Of a DNA stretch of 64,000 nucleotides, positions 23,356-35,552 are shown in pieces. Positions within the stretch are counted from its first letter, which is position 1, and each line of letters begins with the position of its first letter. A program made the translations under genes and the position numbers. Source of the DNA: Mobula hypostoma. Lineage: Eukaryota. The notes beneath the pieces were generated by a model that was given only the letters and a program-made list of their open reading frames with translations, ran no database searches and was not told where the DNA came from. The stretch covers positions 99,450,001 through 99,514,000 of the forward strand of contig NC_086108.1 in the NCBI RefSeq assembly GCF_963921235.1. The letters are read 5' to 3'.

Positions 23356-25744
23356 TTGCTGATTGGTTATGCTGATTAATATCTACAACTTATTGATCAT
23401 GCTAAGGTACCGTGAGCTGTAGATATAATGATTTTATGCAGAAGGTTCCTAAGACCTTAAAATGATTTCAAGGGCTCCTCCAGGGCAAAATGTTTGAGAA
23501 AGGCTGCACCAGACCAATGCTGGTTTAAAGGTGAAACTTGCAGAAAACTTAACAACGTAGGACATGTAGAAAAAGCATATTGGACAGACAGAAAAAAAAT
23601 GGACTGCACAGGGAAGAGATAAAGATTTTAAAAAATCAAATTGCAGTTTCGAAAAGAGCACTGATCTGCATGCTGTTGATGAAAAAACCCATAGTAATAA
23701 GAGTGACAAAGATTGAGTAGCCTTGAGATTCACAATGTGAAAACTAACAATAGACAATCAATATGGCTTACAGCTGAAGTGAATGGTAAATTAATTAAAA
23801 TAGAATTGAACACTAGCTCAGATGCTTCAGTCTCCACAAAATGAGTTTGAATGGCATTTCAAAGATATTGAAGACTGAAGACTGCAAATATTCAACTAAG
23901 AATTTATACTGGAGAAAGATAACTGCTGTGGGGATGACATACATAACAGTGAAACCTAACAACCACATTGGAATTGTATGTGGTAAACCCAGGAGTCAGT
24001 GGTGAGTGGACATGATTTGCTGAGACTACAACTTGATTGGAGATCCACCCACTATTTGCATGTCACATCCCTTCTAACAGAGTCAACTGAAAGCAAATTA
24101 AGAAAGGTACTGGATGATGCCACAGCTGTGTTCAAAGATAGCATGGGAAAATTCAAACATATTAAGGCTAAAATAATGCTAAATAAAAATGCCCCACACA
24201 AGTTCTGAAAAGCCCATACCATTCCTTATACCATTCATGATAAATTAACCAGTGAGCTAGAACGCATGGAGACTGAAGGAGTTCTTTCCAAGATTAGGTG
24301 GTGCTCATGAATAAAGCCAGTGGTCGCAGTAGCCATGAAGAATGGGTTTGTCAGGATCAGTGGTGATTTTAATGTCACTATTGACCCGGTACTGAAAGTC
24401 GATCGATGCCCTCTGCAGAGGATCTATTTGCAAACCCTTCTGGAAGGAAACACTTCAGCAAAGTGGACTTAGCTGGAGCTTACCAACAGATGGAGATGGA
24501 AGAGCCCAAAGTGCTTCTTACCATAGACACGCACAAGGGGCATTATCATTTTAAGAGGTTTATTTTTGGAATAGCATCTGCACCTGCAAACTGGCAGGAA
24601 GCTATAGACCAGGTGCTGAAGTCTGCCCAGGAACTCAGTGTTATCAGGATGACATCATTGTTACCAGTAAGGATGACAAGGGACATCTCCAAAACCTCAA
24701 GACAGTGTTAAAAACATGAAGGATTATGGGCTCAGAGCACGATGCGAAAAGTGTGAATTCCTTAAACCAAGCATCACTTCTGTGGTCACACCATTGATGC
24801 AGCAGGTTTATACAAATGTGCTGAGAAAACTCAAGCAATGGTGGATGCTCCAATGTCAAAGTACATGTCACAGTTGTGATTCTTTTTAGTATTTGTCAAT
24901 TACTCTAATAGGTTCCTGCCAAACCTGGCTACTGTGCTCTGCACCTTGAACTCACTACTACAGTTTGGGAAGAAATGGCAATGGACAAAGCAGCGTGAGG
25001 TTGCTTTCCAAAAGGTAGAGGAAATGGTGACGTCAGGCACAGTACTCACACATTATGATCCACATTGTCCAGTGAAACTTGCCTGTGATGCCTCACCTTA
25101 TGGTATAGGTGCAGTCACGTCATGTTATGAATGATGGATGTGAACGTCCTAACCTTTGCATCACGTTCCCTTACTGCTGCAGAGAAAAATTATAACTATA
25201 TTGATAGAGTAAGCTTGAGTCCAGTTTGGGGTGTAAAATATTTCAACCAGTAGCCATATGGGAGAGAGTTTACCCTCATTACTAATCATTGCTGTCCATT
25301 TTCAATCCACAAAAGGTGTTCCACCAATGGTAGCGGCATGGATATGGAGATCAGCTCTTTTTCTTGGACGACACAGTTACATGATTGAATCCAAGAGGAC
25401 AACTAATCATGGAAACGCTAATGGATTGTCCCGTCTACCCTTGGAAAAAGAAATAGTGGAAAATTCTACAAAAGAGGACTCACCTCTTGACATACTGTAT
25501 TCTCCCTAATGCAAATCAAAAGTCTCCCTATTACGGCAGAGGTTATCCAAACGGAAAGTAGAAAAGACCACACTCTCTCTCAGGTCTACACAACAGCCCA
25601 AAATGGCTAGAATATACAGCAGAAACTCCAGTGCCAGGATGAACTTGCCCTTGACGGGGGTTGCCTTATGTGGGGATTGAGAGCTGTTGTGTCATTCAAG
25701 CTGAGAGCTAAAGTGTTAGAGGAGCTGCAATACTTTCCAATCGC

Positions 25745-27911
25745 CTAGGTGCGGACAAAATAAAAGGATTGTCGGTGGATATGCAATGGCAAGCATTTAA
25801 AGGTTGCATGGATGAGCTACAACAATTGTTCATCCCAGTTTGGGAAAAAAATAAATCAAGGAAGGTAATGCACCCGTGGCTGACAAGAGAAATTAGGGAT
25901 AGTATCAATTCCAAAGAAGTAGCATACAAATTAGCCAGAGAAAGTGGCTCACCTGAGGACTGGGAGAAATTCAGAGTTCAGCAGAGGAGGACAAAGGGCT
26001 TAATTAGGGAGGGGAAAAAATATTATGAGAGAAAACTGGCGGGGAACATAAAAATGGACTGTAAGAGCTTTTATAGATATGTAAAAAGGAAAAGACTAGT
26101 AAAGACAAATGTAGGTCCCCTGCAGACAGAAACAGGTGAATTGATTATGGGGAGCAAGGACATGGCAGACCAATTGAATAATTACTTTGGTTCTGTCTTC
26201 ACTAAGGAGGACATAAATAATCTTCCAGAAATAGTAAGGGACAGAGGGTCCAGTGAGATGGAGGAACTGAGTGAAATACATGTTAGTAGGGAAGTAGTGT
26301 TAGGTAAATTGAAGGGATTGAAGGCAGATAAATCCCCAGGGCCAGATGGTCTGCATCCCAGAGTGCTTAAGGAAGTAGCCCAAGAAATAATGGATGCATT
26401 AGTGATAATTTTTCAAAACTCGTTAGATTCTGGACTAGTTCCTGAGGATTGGAGGGTGGCTAATGTAACCCCACTTTTTAAAAAAGGAGGGAGAGAGAAA
26501 CCGGGGAATTATAGACCAGTTAGCCTAACGTCGGTGGTGGGGAAACTGCTGGAGTCAGTTATCAAGGATGTGATAACAGCACATTTGGAAAGCGGTGAAA
26601 TGATCGGACAAAGTCAGCATGGATTTGTGAAAGGAAAATCATGTCTGACGAATCTCATAGAATTTTTTGAGGATGTAACTAGTAGAGTGGATAGGGGAGA
26701 ACCAGTGGATGTGGTATATTTGGATTTTCAAAAGGCTTTTGTCAAGGTCCCACACAGGAGATTAGTGTGCAAACTTAAAGCACACGGTATTGGGGGTAAG
26801 GTATTGGTGTGGGTGGAGAATTGGTTAGCAGACAGGAAGCAAAGAGTGGGAATAAATGGGACCTTTTCAGAATGGCAGGCGGTGACTAGTGGGGTACCGC
26901 AAGGCTCAGTGCTGGGACCCCAGTTGTTTACAATATATATTAATGACTTGGATGAGGGAATTAAATGCAGCATCTCCAAGTTTGCGGATGACACGAAGCT
27001 GGGTGGCAGTGTTAGCAGTGAGGAGGATGCTAAGAGGATGCAGGGTGACTTGGATAGGTTGGGTGAGTGGGCAAACTCATGGCAGATGCAATTTAATGTG
27101 GATAAATGTGAAGTTATCCACTTTGGTGGCAAAAATAGGAAAACAGATTATTATCTGAATGGTGGCCGATTAGGAAAAGGGGAGGTGCAACGAGACCTGG
27201 GTGTCATTATACACCAGTCATTGAAAGTGGGCATGCAGGTACAGCAGGCGGTGAAAAAGCCGAATGGTATGCTGGCATTTATAGCGAGAGGATTCGAGTA
27301 CAGGAGCAGGGAGGTACTACTGCAGTTGTACAAGGCCTTGGTGAGACCACACCTGGAGTATTGTGTGCAGTTTTGGTCCCCTAACCTGAGGAAAGACATC
27401 TTTGCCATAGAGGGAGTACAAAGAAGGTTCACCAGATTGATTCCTGGGATGGCAGGACTTTCATATGAAGAAAGACTGGATGAACTGGGCTTGTACTCGT
27501 TGGAATTTAGAAGATTGAGGGGGGATCTGATTGAAACGTATAAGATCCTAAAGGGATTGGACAGGCTAGATGCAGGAAGATTGTTCCCGATGTTGGGGAA
27601 GTCCAGAACGAGGGGTCACAGTTTGAGGATAGAGGGGAAGCCTTTTAGGACCGAGATTAGGAAAAACTTCTTCACACAGAGAGTGGTGAATCTGTGGAAT
27701 TCTCTGCCACAGGAAACTGTTGAGGCCAGTTCATTGGCTATGTTTAAGAGGGAGTTAGATATGGCCCTTGTGGCTACAGGGGTCAGGGGGTATGGAGGGA
27801 AGGCTGGGGCGGGGTTCTGAGTTGGATGATCAGCCATGACCATAATAAATGGCGGTGCAGGCTCGAAGGGCCGAATGGCCTACTCCTGCACCTATTTTCT
27901 ATGTTTCTATG
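25745..27911 (+). mobile_element. Young 5'-truncated CR1 with uninterrupted RT frame (ORF 25769-27820, 683 aa)
   Basis: NYRPVSLTS, GVPQGSVLGP and FADD (26981-26992), with a natural C-terminus and (TTTCTATG)n tail. It lacks the APE domain. Confidence 0.95.
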
Positions 27912-28230
27912 ATATTGTCCCTGATTAGTAGTACAACTCCAGCCACTCTTTTACCTTCTCCTCTATCCTTTCTAAAATTCAAAAACCTGGTACAATAATC
28001 ACCCATTCTGGCCCTCTCTCAACCAGATTTCCTTAATGGCTACAACATCGTAGTTTTGTGTGCTGATCCATGCTCTAAGTTTATCACCCTCACCCATAAT
28101 ACTCTTAGCATTAAAATATACACACTATCTGACCCATCATACCTGCTATTTCGTTTCTCGCCTTTCAATACTTTCCCTGACATCCACCTTCTGGTCCGAT
28201 CCTTCCCTTACTGATCTGGGGCTCCAGTTC
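27912..28230 (-). mobile_element. Old CR1 fragment (APE N-terminus)
   Basis: Minus strand reads VYFNAKSIMGEGDKLRAWISTQNYDVVAIKEIWLREG. Confidence 0.75.
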
Positions 28231-28407
28231 CAATAGTCCTCCTGCAGTCCCAGAGCTGAGCCCTACAACTACCACAGAGGAGGCTCTGGAAACTGAGATT
28301 GTTTCACAGCCACAAGTCTCACAGTATATATGATCACTAGAGAGCAATATATTATATACTTGAATTGAGATGCATTGCGTATTGAGTTATGTCTAAGCAG
28401 GGAGGAG

Positions 28408-28655
28408 TTTTGTGTATTTAACTCAACACAAATACAGTGATATTTGGGTAATATTGTAAATATATTGTTTGATGAAGCATTCTTTGTTTGTTTACATTAT
28501 TAATTATGGGTTATTTGTGAAAGTACATGAATAGGTCAATATGCCATCACGTCATAAGTGTATGCCTCACTAAACAACTAAATGTACACGAGTTGTCCTT
28601 GGCCCCTTATTTTCCTTTCAATTAGTTTTATATTTTAGAGTTGCAATACATAACA
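28408..28655 (+). repeat. Gypsy 3' LTR
   Basis: Follows the polypurine tract and is homologous to the 5' LTR. Confidence 0.85.
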
Positions 28656-29542
28656 AGTTGAACCCCATTTCCTGTGCCTGTAATATCATTCCGGTATCTG
28701 CTTCCCCAAGTCACTGTGTGCTCTGCTTGCTTCCTTTGTCCCCTCTCCCAACATAGCTCGATGCTTTACGTCACCCGCTGTGCTGTGAAGGAGACTGGGT
28801 GTCTCACATTGCCACTTCTCTGACATATTCTGACAATTCAGTTGTCTCCTTTCTGAGGGTCTTTGCTTCCTTACCGCATGGCTCTAGAAAGTGCCTTGCT
28901 TCATACCTGCTAAATGATTAAACAGTTGGATGGAATGCAATTTATGCTGCATTTGTCACTGTGCCTTTAAGTAAACTATGCAATATAATGCAATCATAAA
29001 ATCAAACATTGCTTAAGTGTTGTAAATCTCTCCTCTGACTGCATTTTAATCAAAGATAATGAATCCCAATGGTTCTATAAATCACTGTGGGTTCAGATGC
29101 TGCAAGACATATATTACAGATGTTGAGACGTAGCATTTGTCTAATAGAGAGGACATATTGGTGGTAATATATTGCTCTAAGGGCTTGGTGCTTCACTGCA
29201 TTGTTCATTGTGGCCCAGCTGATGAAAGGTCTAGGTGTGTAGCCACACACCAGCTGAACATTTGTGGGGAACAAAGGCACTGGCTTCAGATGAGATATAC
29301 CCACTTTTAAATTTCATCTTCCATCTACTCTGAACAGTTCTAATGTGGACTCAGTTCATTCAGATGAACCCTCTCCAGCAGGGTGACCTGAACTGTACAC
29401 AATATTGAAAGTTTGATCTTACCATTGTGTTAGACCATAGGACATAGGAGAAGAACTTGTCCAAATTTCAAAGTACATCGATGTCACCATATACAGCCCT
29501 GAGGTTCAGAGTTTCCTGGATGATTTGCATTGTACATTATGC

Positions 29543-30704
29543 ATGAGCTTTTCATTCTAGGACGAGGGAGATGTCTTCATTTTTTAAAGAAAGGGGCTTC
29601 CCTTCCTCCACTATCAACTCTGCTCAAACGCATCTCCTCCATTTCACGTACATCTGCTCTCACTCCATCCTCCCACCACCCCACTAGGAATAGGGTTCCC
29701 CTGGTCCTCACCTACCACCCCACCAGCCTCCGGGTCCAACATATTATTCTCCGTAACTTCCGCCACCTCCAACGGGATCCCACCACTAAGCACATCTTTC
29801 CCTCCCCCCCCCTCTGCATTCCGTAGGGATCGCTCCCTACACAACTCCCTTGTCCATTCGTCCCCCCCATCCCTCCCCACTGATCTCCCTCCTGGCACTT
29901 ATCCGTGTAAGCGGAACAAGTGCTACACATGCCCTTACACTTCCTCCCTTACCACCATTCAGGGCCCCAAACAGTCCTTCCAGGTGAGGCATCACTTCAC
30001 CTGTGAGTCGACTGGGGTGATATACTGCGTCCGGTGCTCCCGATGTGGCCTTTTATATATTGGTGAGACCCGACGCAGACTGGGAGACCGCTTTGCAAAA
30101 ACATCTACGCTCTGTCCGCCAGAGAAAGCAGGATCTCCCAGTGGCCACACATTTTAATTCCACATCCCATTCCCATTCTGACATGTCTATCCACGGCCTC
30201 CTCTACTGTAAAGATGAAGCCACACTCAGGTTGGAGGAACAACACCTTATATTCCGTCTGGGTAGCCTCCAACCTGATGGCATGAACATTGACTTCTCTA
30301 ACTTCCGCTAGGCCCCACCTCCCCCTCGTACCCCAGCTGTTACTCCTTTTTATGCACACATTCTTTCTCTCACTCTCCTTTTTCTCCCTCTGTCCCTCTG
30401 AATATACCTCTTGCCCATACTCTGGGTCACCCCCCCCCCCCGTCTTTCTCCCTAGGCCTCCTGTCCCATGATCCTCTCGTATCCCCTTTTGCCTATCACC
30501 TGTCCAGCTCTCGGCTCTATCCCTCCCCCTCCTGTCTTCTCCTATCATTTTGCATCTCCCCCTCCCCCTCCAGCTTTCAAATCCCCTACTCACTCTTCCT
30601 TCAGTTAGTCCTGACGAAGGGTCTCGGCCTGAAACGTCGACTGTGCCTCTTCCTATAGATGCTGCTTGGCCTGCTGCGTTCACCAGCAACTTTGATGTAT
30701 GTTG
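29543..30704 (+). mobile_element. Penelope-like element (Neptune-type), 5'-truncated: RT thumb/linker, Cys-rich linker, GIY-YIG endonuclease, terminal repeat
   Basis: Frameshifted ORF ...RVPLVLTYHP...GTYPCKRNKCYTC...GVIYCVRCSRCGLLYIGETRRRLGDRF...HFNSTSH...LEEQHLIFRLGSLQPDGMN, with stop at 30309-30311. Confidence 0.93.
30607..30642 (+). ncRNA. Minimal type I hammerhead ribozyme motif in Penelope terminal repeat
   Basis: AGTC-CTGACGA-AGG-GTCTCGG-CCT-GAAA-CGTC-GACT: stem I AGTC/GACT, core CUGANGA and GAAA, stem II AGG/CCT, palindromic ACGU stem III, GUC cleavage triplet ending at 30638. Confidence 0.8.
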
Positions 30705-31154
30705 GTTGATCCTTCATCAGGGATTGCCATCATACAGCCCATGCCCTCTCTTCTCACTGCTCCCTTTGGGAAGGACCTGAGGTCCCACACAACCAGCTTT
30801 AGAAACAGCCCTTACCCTTCAACCATGACTTCATTCACTTTAACACTGAACTGATCCCACAACCTGTGGACTCATTTCAAGGGAGTCTACAAACCATGCT
30901 CTCAATGTTTTGCATTTAATTATTTTTATTTATATGGTTTTTCTTCTTTTACGCATTGATTGTTTATCAGTCTTTGCTTGTGTGTAGGTTTTCATTGATA
31001 TGATTGTGTTTCTTTGTTTTCCTGTGAATGCTCAAGATATTCTTTTCACCATCTCCAAAATCCTTCTAATAGCAGGGCGACCTGAACTGTACTCACAATG
31101 AGAATGTGATCTTACCTTCATGTTAGACCGTAAGAAAGAGGAGGAGAATTCCTC

Positions 31155-31742
31155 CAAAGTAAATTCTATTATCAAAGTTCATATATGCCATCATATACAG
31201 CCCTGAGGTTCATTTTCCTGTGGGCATACTTAGCAAATTTATAGAATAGTAACGATACAGAATCAATGAAAGATCAACCGAGTTCGAGGACAACAAACTG
31301 TTAAAATGCAAATATAAAAATAGCTATAAATAATGAACAAATGAGATAGTAAGATAGAGTAGTCCTTGAAGTGAGATCATTGGTTGTGGGAACATCTCAG
31401 TGGATGGGCAAGTGAGTGAAGTTATCCCCTTTTGTTCAAGGGCCTGATTGTTGAGGGGTAGTATTGTGTTTGAACCTGGTGATGTGAGTCTTGAGGCTCT
31501 TGTACCTTCTACCTGATGGCAGCAGTGAGAAAAAAGCAAAGCCTGGGTGGTGACAATCTCTGATAACGGATGCTGCTTTCCCACGACAGCATTTCATGTA
31601 GATGTGAGAGCTTTACCTGTGAAGTACTGGACCAAATCCACTAAAACTTTTGCAGGATTTTCCATTCAAGGGCATTGGTGTTTCCGTACCAGACTGTGAT
31701 GCTGCCATCAATACACTCTCCACTGCACAACTATAGAAGTGT
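31155..31742 (-). mobile_element. Rex1-like LINE 3' end
   Basis: Reverse-complement homolog of 43450-44160. Confidence 0.75.
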
Positions 31743-33326
31743 GGAGAGTCTGATAATTCTGGCTGCTTATGAGGCGTCAAGAAGTGTAAACAAAGCTCCC
31801 GGAGGCTGGTTTCTGTTGATATGCTAAGCTGTGTCCACAGTTTGAGTTTCTTGTGGTCTCAGGCAAAGCAGTTGCCATACCAAGTTGTGATGTATCCAGA
31901 CAGGATGTCTTCTTTGGTTTCTATGGATGCCACTATCTGTAAACATCACTACTAGTCTTGAACTGGCATTAAACTCTCACTACTTTGGTTCCCTGATGAA
32001 GGCAAGCAGGGAGGGAAACTGGATTCATTATAATTAGTGGGTAACATGACACGTGCAGACTTATCAGTGTGAAGTCCTTTCCTTACTTTTAGGCCAGATT
32101 GAATTTTGGCCATTAGTTACTTGGGGAAGGTAAAATGCCAATTCAAAAGACCCCCAGGTCCGCACACTTCCAATGTAAAATAAAAATTGTAGTTAAGTAG
32201 GGCCATTTTCAGTTTGGCTGGTCTGCTTTCCATAATTGCTTTAGTAGATACACTATTACTAGGTGATAATCAAAGTATCTTCATGACTAAACATAAAATG
32301 TTTGGACTGGCAATGTTGCTCAAGGTATTGGGCAGCCCATTATAATCACCCTTAGTATATACAGCACTCACACCCTGGCTAATTGTGAGCTGAAGAATCA
32401 GAATCAGATTTAATACCTCTGGCATATGTCGGGAAACTTGTTGTTTTGTGGCAGCAGTACACTGCATGCCTGCTGATTATGGGGCTCATCCCCTTCAGTG
32501 CCTGCCTGCCTGAGGTGGGACAGACATCACTACCAGGATGATGGTGGAAAACTCCCTCGGCAGATAAAAAGGACAACATTTGACTGCTACATGTCACATG
32601 AGCAGGACTGAGACAGTCTGCCCATTCATTTCCCAAGCTGAAGACAATAGAGCTGTACAAACAAGCTCCCTGTAATTGAAGAGGAAGGTATTCCAACGTA
32701 AATGAGCACAGACAGCAATTTCAGACCAATATACCTTTACATTCAAGGCTGCTGTAAATCGTCCCATTAGCTGGTTCCTTGCACAGTCAATGCTTTGAGT
32801 TTCATGCATGAATAGATGGCAGTACATCCTGGACTGGTTTCTAGTTAATAATTTCCATATGGGTACTTCGACTGAAAGTTTAATTGTTAATAACTCTCTT
32901 TCCACATGCACATTGTACTGCCTCAGTGTGGTGTGATCTCCTCGACGTTGCTGAGACATGACGCAAACTGGGGAACTTGGTCTGTTGAGTGCCCTCACTC
33001 TGTCCACTACAAAAGGCGGGTTTTCCAGTGCCAAGTTCAAGATCAAGTCTAATTGTTATTCAGCCATATACATGAATACAACCAAATGAAATAATGCTCC
33101 TCTGGAGTCAAGGTGCAAAACACAGTATCGGCAATCACACACAACACAAGAAACATACAGCCCATACAGTTCTGATAGCAGAAAATCATGCAATCAGGAA
33201 AGAAATAATATAGCTCGCTCAAGTCCCTTAGTACCATGGCATATAGACTGATGGTGCTTGGCATGGTGTTCTGTAATCATGTTTCTGCAAGAACAAGTAC
33301 ACAGCAAACCAATTTCAATTTTTTTT

Positions 33327-33863
33327 TAGATTATGAGGACACGCTGTCCTCTTTTATTGTCAGTTAGTAATGCATGCATTAAGAAATGATACAATATTCC
33401 TCCGGTGTGATATCACAGAAACACAGGACAGACCAAGACTGAAAAACTAACAAAAACCACATAATTATAACATATAGTTAGAACAGTGCAATAATACTAT
33501 AACTTGATGAAGAACAGACCCTGGCACAGTAAAAAAGTTCAAAGTCTCTCAAATGTCCCACATCTCACGCAGACGGGAGAAGGAAGAAAACTCTCCCTGC
33601 CATGCCCAACCACTGTCCGACTCAGAGTCGTCCCAAAACTTCGAGCTCTGGTCAGCCCTCCGACACCGAGTACTGAGCACCATCTCTATCCGAACGCTTC
33701 GACCCCAGCCTCGGTCGCCAGCAGCAGGCAAAGCCGGGGATTTTGGGGCCCTCCCTCTGGAGAGTCTCGATCGCACAGTATCAGCGGTAGCGAACCGGAC
33801 ATTTCAGAAATTTCTCCAGATGTTCCTTGTTTCTCACATCTGTCTCCATCAAATCAGAATTGT
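33327..33863 (-). mobile_element. Non-autonomous LINE-derived element, 5'-truncated copy
   Basis: Closely similar to 34880-35470. Confidence 0.75.
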
Positions 33864-33867
33864 GCCC

Positions 33868-34142
33868 GGCCCCTACTACAATTTGACTTCTCATTCACAA
33901 TCCAACATGTTGGTCCATGGCCTCCTCTACTGCTACTCTCACATTGGAGGAGTAACACCTTGTATTTTGTCTGGGTAGCCTCCAACCTGATCTTATGAAC
34001 AATGATTTCTTTAACTCTCCTGCCTCAACAGTCCAATCAACTGTTTATTCCTCTCCGTAGATGCTGACTGACCTGCTGAGTTCCTCCAGCATTTTATGTG
34101 TGTTACTCTGGATTTCCAGCATCTGCAGAATCCTCTTGTGTT
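33868..34142 (+). mobile_element. Decayed Penelope fragment with 3' tip
   Basis: SHSQSNMLVHGLLYC..LEE..LGSLQP followed by the CTGCTGAGTTCCTCCAGCATTTT terminus. Confidence 0.7.
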
Positions 34143-34411
34143 TGTCCTTGCTTGGCTTCCTCTTGGTTCTCTATGCACATGATGTCCGTGGCCAGGGGCT
34201 TCTATGCATAAGGTCATGCCGTGCAACACTGTTTTTGATGTCACTTGCGCAAAATTCATTTGTCTGACCAAGTTCCACAAATGGATGAAATGACACATGG
34301 ATGAAAGACAACTGGAGGGTGATGTGGTTGGCAAGGGTCTTGGGGTGGGTTAAAATGTCAGCACAACGCTGTGGACTGAGTGGCTTCTACTGTGCTGTGA
34401 TGTTCTATTTT

Positions 34412-34812
34412 CCATAAGACCATTAGACGTATGAGCAGAGTTAGGCCATTTGGTCCATCGAGTCTGCCCTGCCATTCCATCATGGTTGACTTATTATCCC
34501 TCTCACCCCCATTCTTCTTCCCATAACCTTTGATGCCCTGATTAATCAAGAACTTATCACCACCACTTTAAATATACCCAATGACTTGGCCTCCACAGCT
34601 GTCTGTGGCAATGAATTTCACAGATTCACCTCCCTCTAGTTAAAGAAATTCGTCTTCTTCTCTGTTTTAAATAGATGTCTCTCTATTCTGAGGCTGTTCT
34701 TCGGGCCCTAGATACCACTGTTTTGGAAATATCCTCTCCACATCTACTCCATCTCAGCCTTTCAATATACGATGGCTTTCAATGGAATCCCCCCTCATTC
34801 TTCCAAACTTCC
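34412..34812 (-). mobile_element. CR1 3' end
   Basis: CCATAAGACCATTAGAC tail, 3' UTR and ORF2 C-terminus on the minus strand. Confidence 0.85.
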
Positions 34813-34879
34813 AAGCGCAGAACCAAGCATTCAGGACGGGCAGGCCTTGAGTGAACAGTTGAGGTTTACCTCACATAAA

Positions 34880-35552
34880 AGATTAGAATATGAGGACACG
34901 CAGTCCTCTTTTATTGTCATTTAGTAATGCATGCATTAAGAAATGATACAATGTTCCTCCGGTGTGATATCACAGAAACAAGACAGACCAAGACTGAAAA
35001 ACTGACAAAAACCACATAATTATAACATATAGTTACAACAGTGCAAACAAGACCATAACTTGATGAAGAACAGGCCATGGGCACGGTAAAAAAAATGTTC
35101 CAAGTCTCTCAAAAGTCCCAACATCTCACGCAGACGGGAGAAGGAAGAAAACTCTCCCTGCCATGAGCTTCCAGCGCTACAAACCTGCCGATGCAGCATC
35201 CTGGAAGCACCCGACCCCAGTCCGACTCTGAGTCCGTCCAAAAACTTTGAGCCTCCGACCAGCCCTCCGACACCGAGCACCGAGCACCATCTCTGCCGAG
35301 CGCTTCGACCCCGGCCCCGGCTGCCAGCAACCGGCAAAGCCGAGGATTTGGGGCCTTCCCTCCGGAGATTCTTGATTTCACAGTAGCAGCGGCAGCGAAC
35401 CGGGCATTTCAGAAGTTTCTCCAGATGTTCCTCTGTGCTTTTCACATCTGTCTCCATCAAATCAGAATTGTTCACGGCCCTATTTAACAAATACGATATC
35501 ATTTCACCAGAGAGGCCGCACACGCTGCGTCGCGCCGCCATCTTCTCCTCCC
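34880..35552 (-). mobile_element. Non-autonomous LINE-derived element, apparently full length (about 670 bp)
   Basis: The minus strand starts GGGAGGAGAAGATGGCGGCGCG and ends AATAAAAGAGGACTGCGTGTCCTCATATTCTAATCT. No RT coding. Imperfect flanking repeat TCACATAA / TCATATAA. Confidence 0.65.

Larger units (their letters stand above)
20765..23506 (+). mobile_element. hAT (Buster/Charlie-type) DNA transposon, internally deleted
   Basis: TIRs CAGGGTTTCTTAAC / GTTTGAGAAAGGCTG. 8-bp TSD TACCAGAC (20757-20764) / CACCAGAC (23507-23514). BED-finger CLVC..MPPAKLKRHLTTDH and hAT dimerisation motif LLQFSTSYMCEKAFS. Confidence 0.9.
19642..28655 (+). mobile_element. Decayed Ty3/Gypsy LTR retrotransposon with both LTRs and nested insertions
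   Basis: Direct LTRs at about 19642-19895 and 28408-28655, both ending CATAACA. PBS-like TGGCAATGAAGAGG at 19896 and PPT AAGCAGGGAGGAG at 28395-28407. Gag (FRFYKWNQKAGESISAYVAKLKRLAEHCQF..LRDHLVCGI), RT (FSKVDLAGAYQQ, FGIASAPA, YQDDII) and RNase H (LACDASPYGIGAV) are recognisable. The integrase core is not seen. Confidence 0.9.

Noticed and set aside
30105..30689. 194-aa minus-strand ORF and similar ORFs at 62135-62834
   Set aside because: These are antisense or alternative frames of the Penelope terminal repeat with no recognisable domain.
32090..32220. Possible ancient MITE (GGCCAGATTGAATTTTGGCC ... GGCCATTTTCAGTTTGGCT)
   Set aside because: The inverted match is too imperfect, it is single-copy here, and there is no clear TSD.
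32594..33046. 150-aa minus-strand ORF in non-repeat sequence
   Set aside because: It has no recognisable domain or convincing splice signals, and its start overlaps a repeat tail.
35020..35541. 173-aa ORF starting MAARR
   Set aside because: It lies in a GC-rich repeat, the sister copy has indels over the same stretch, and it has no recognisable motif.
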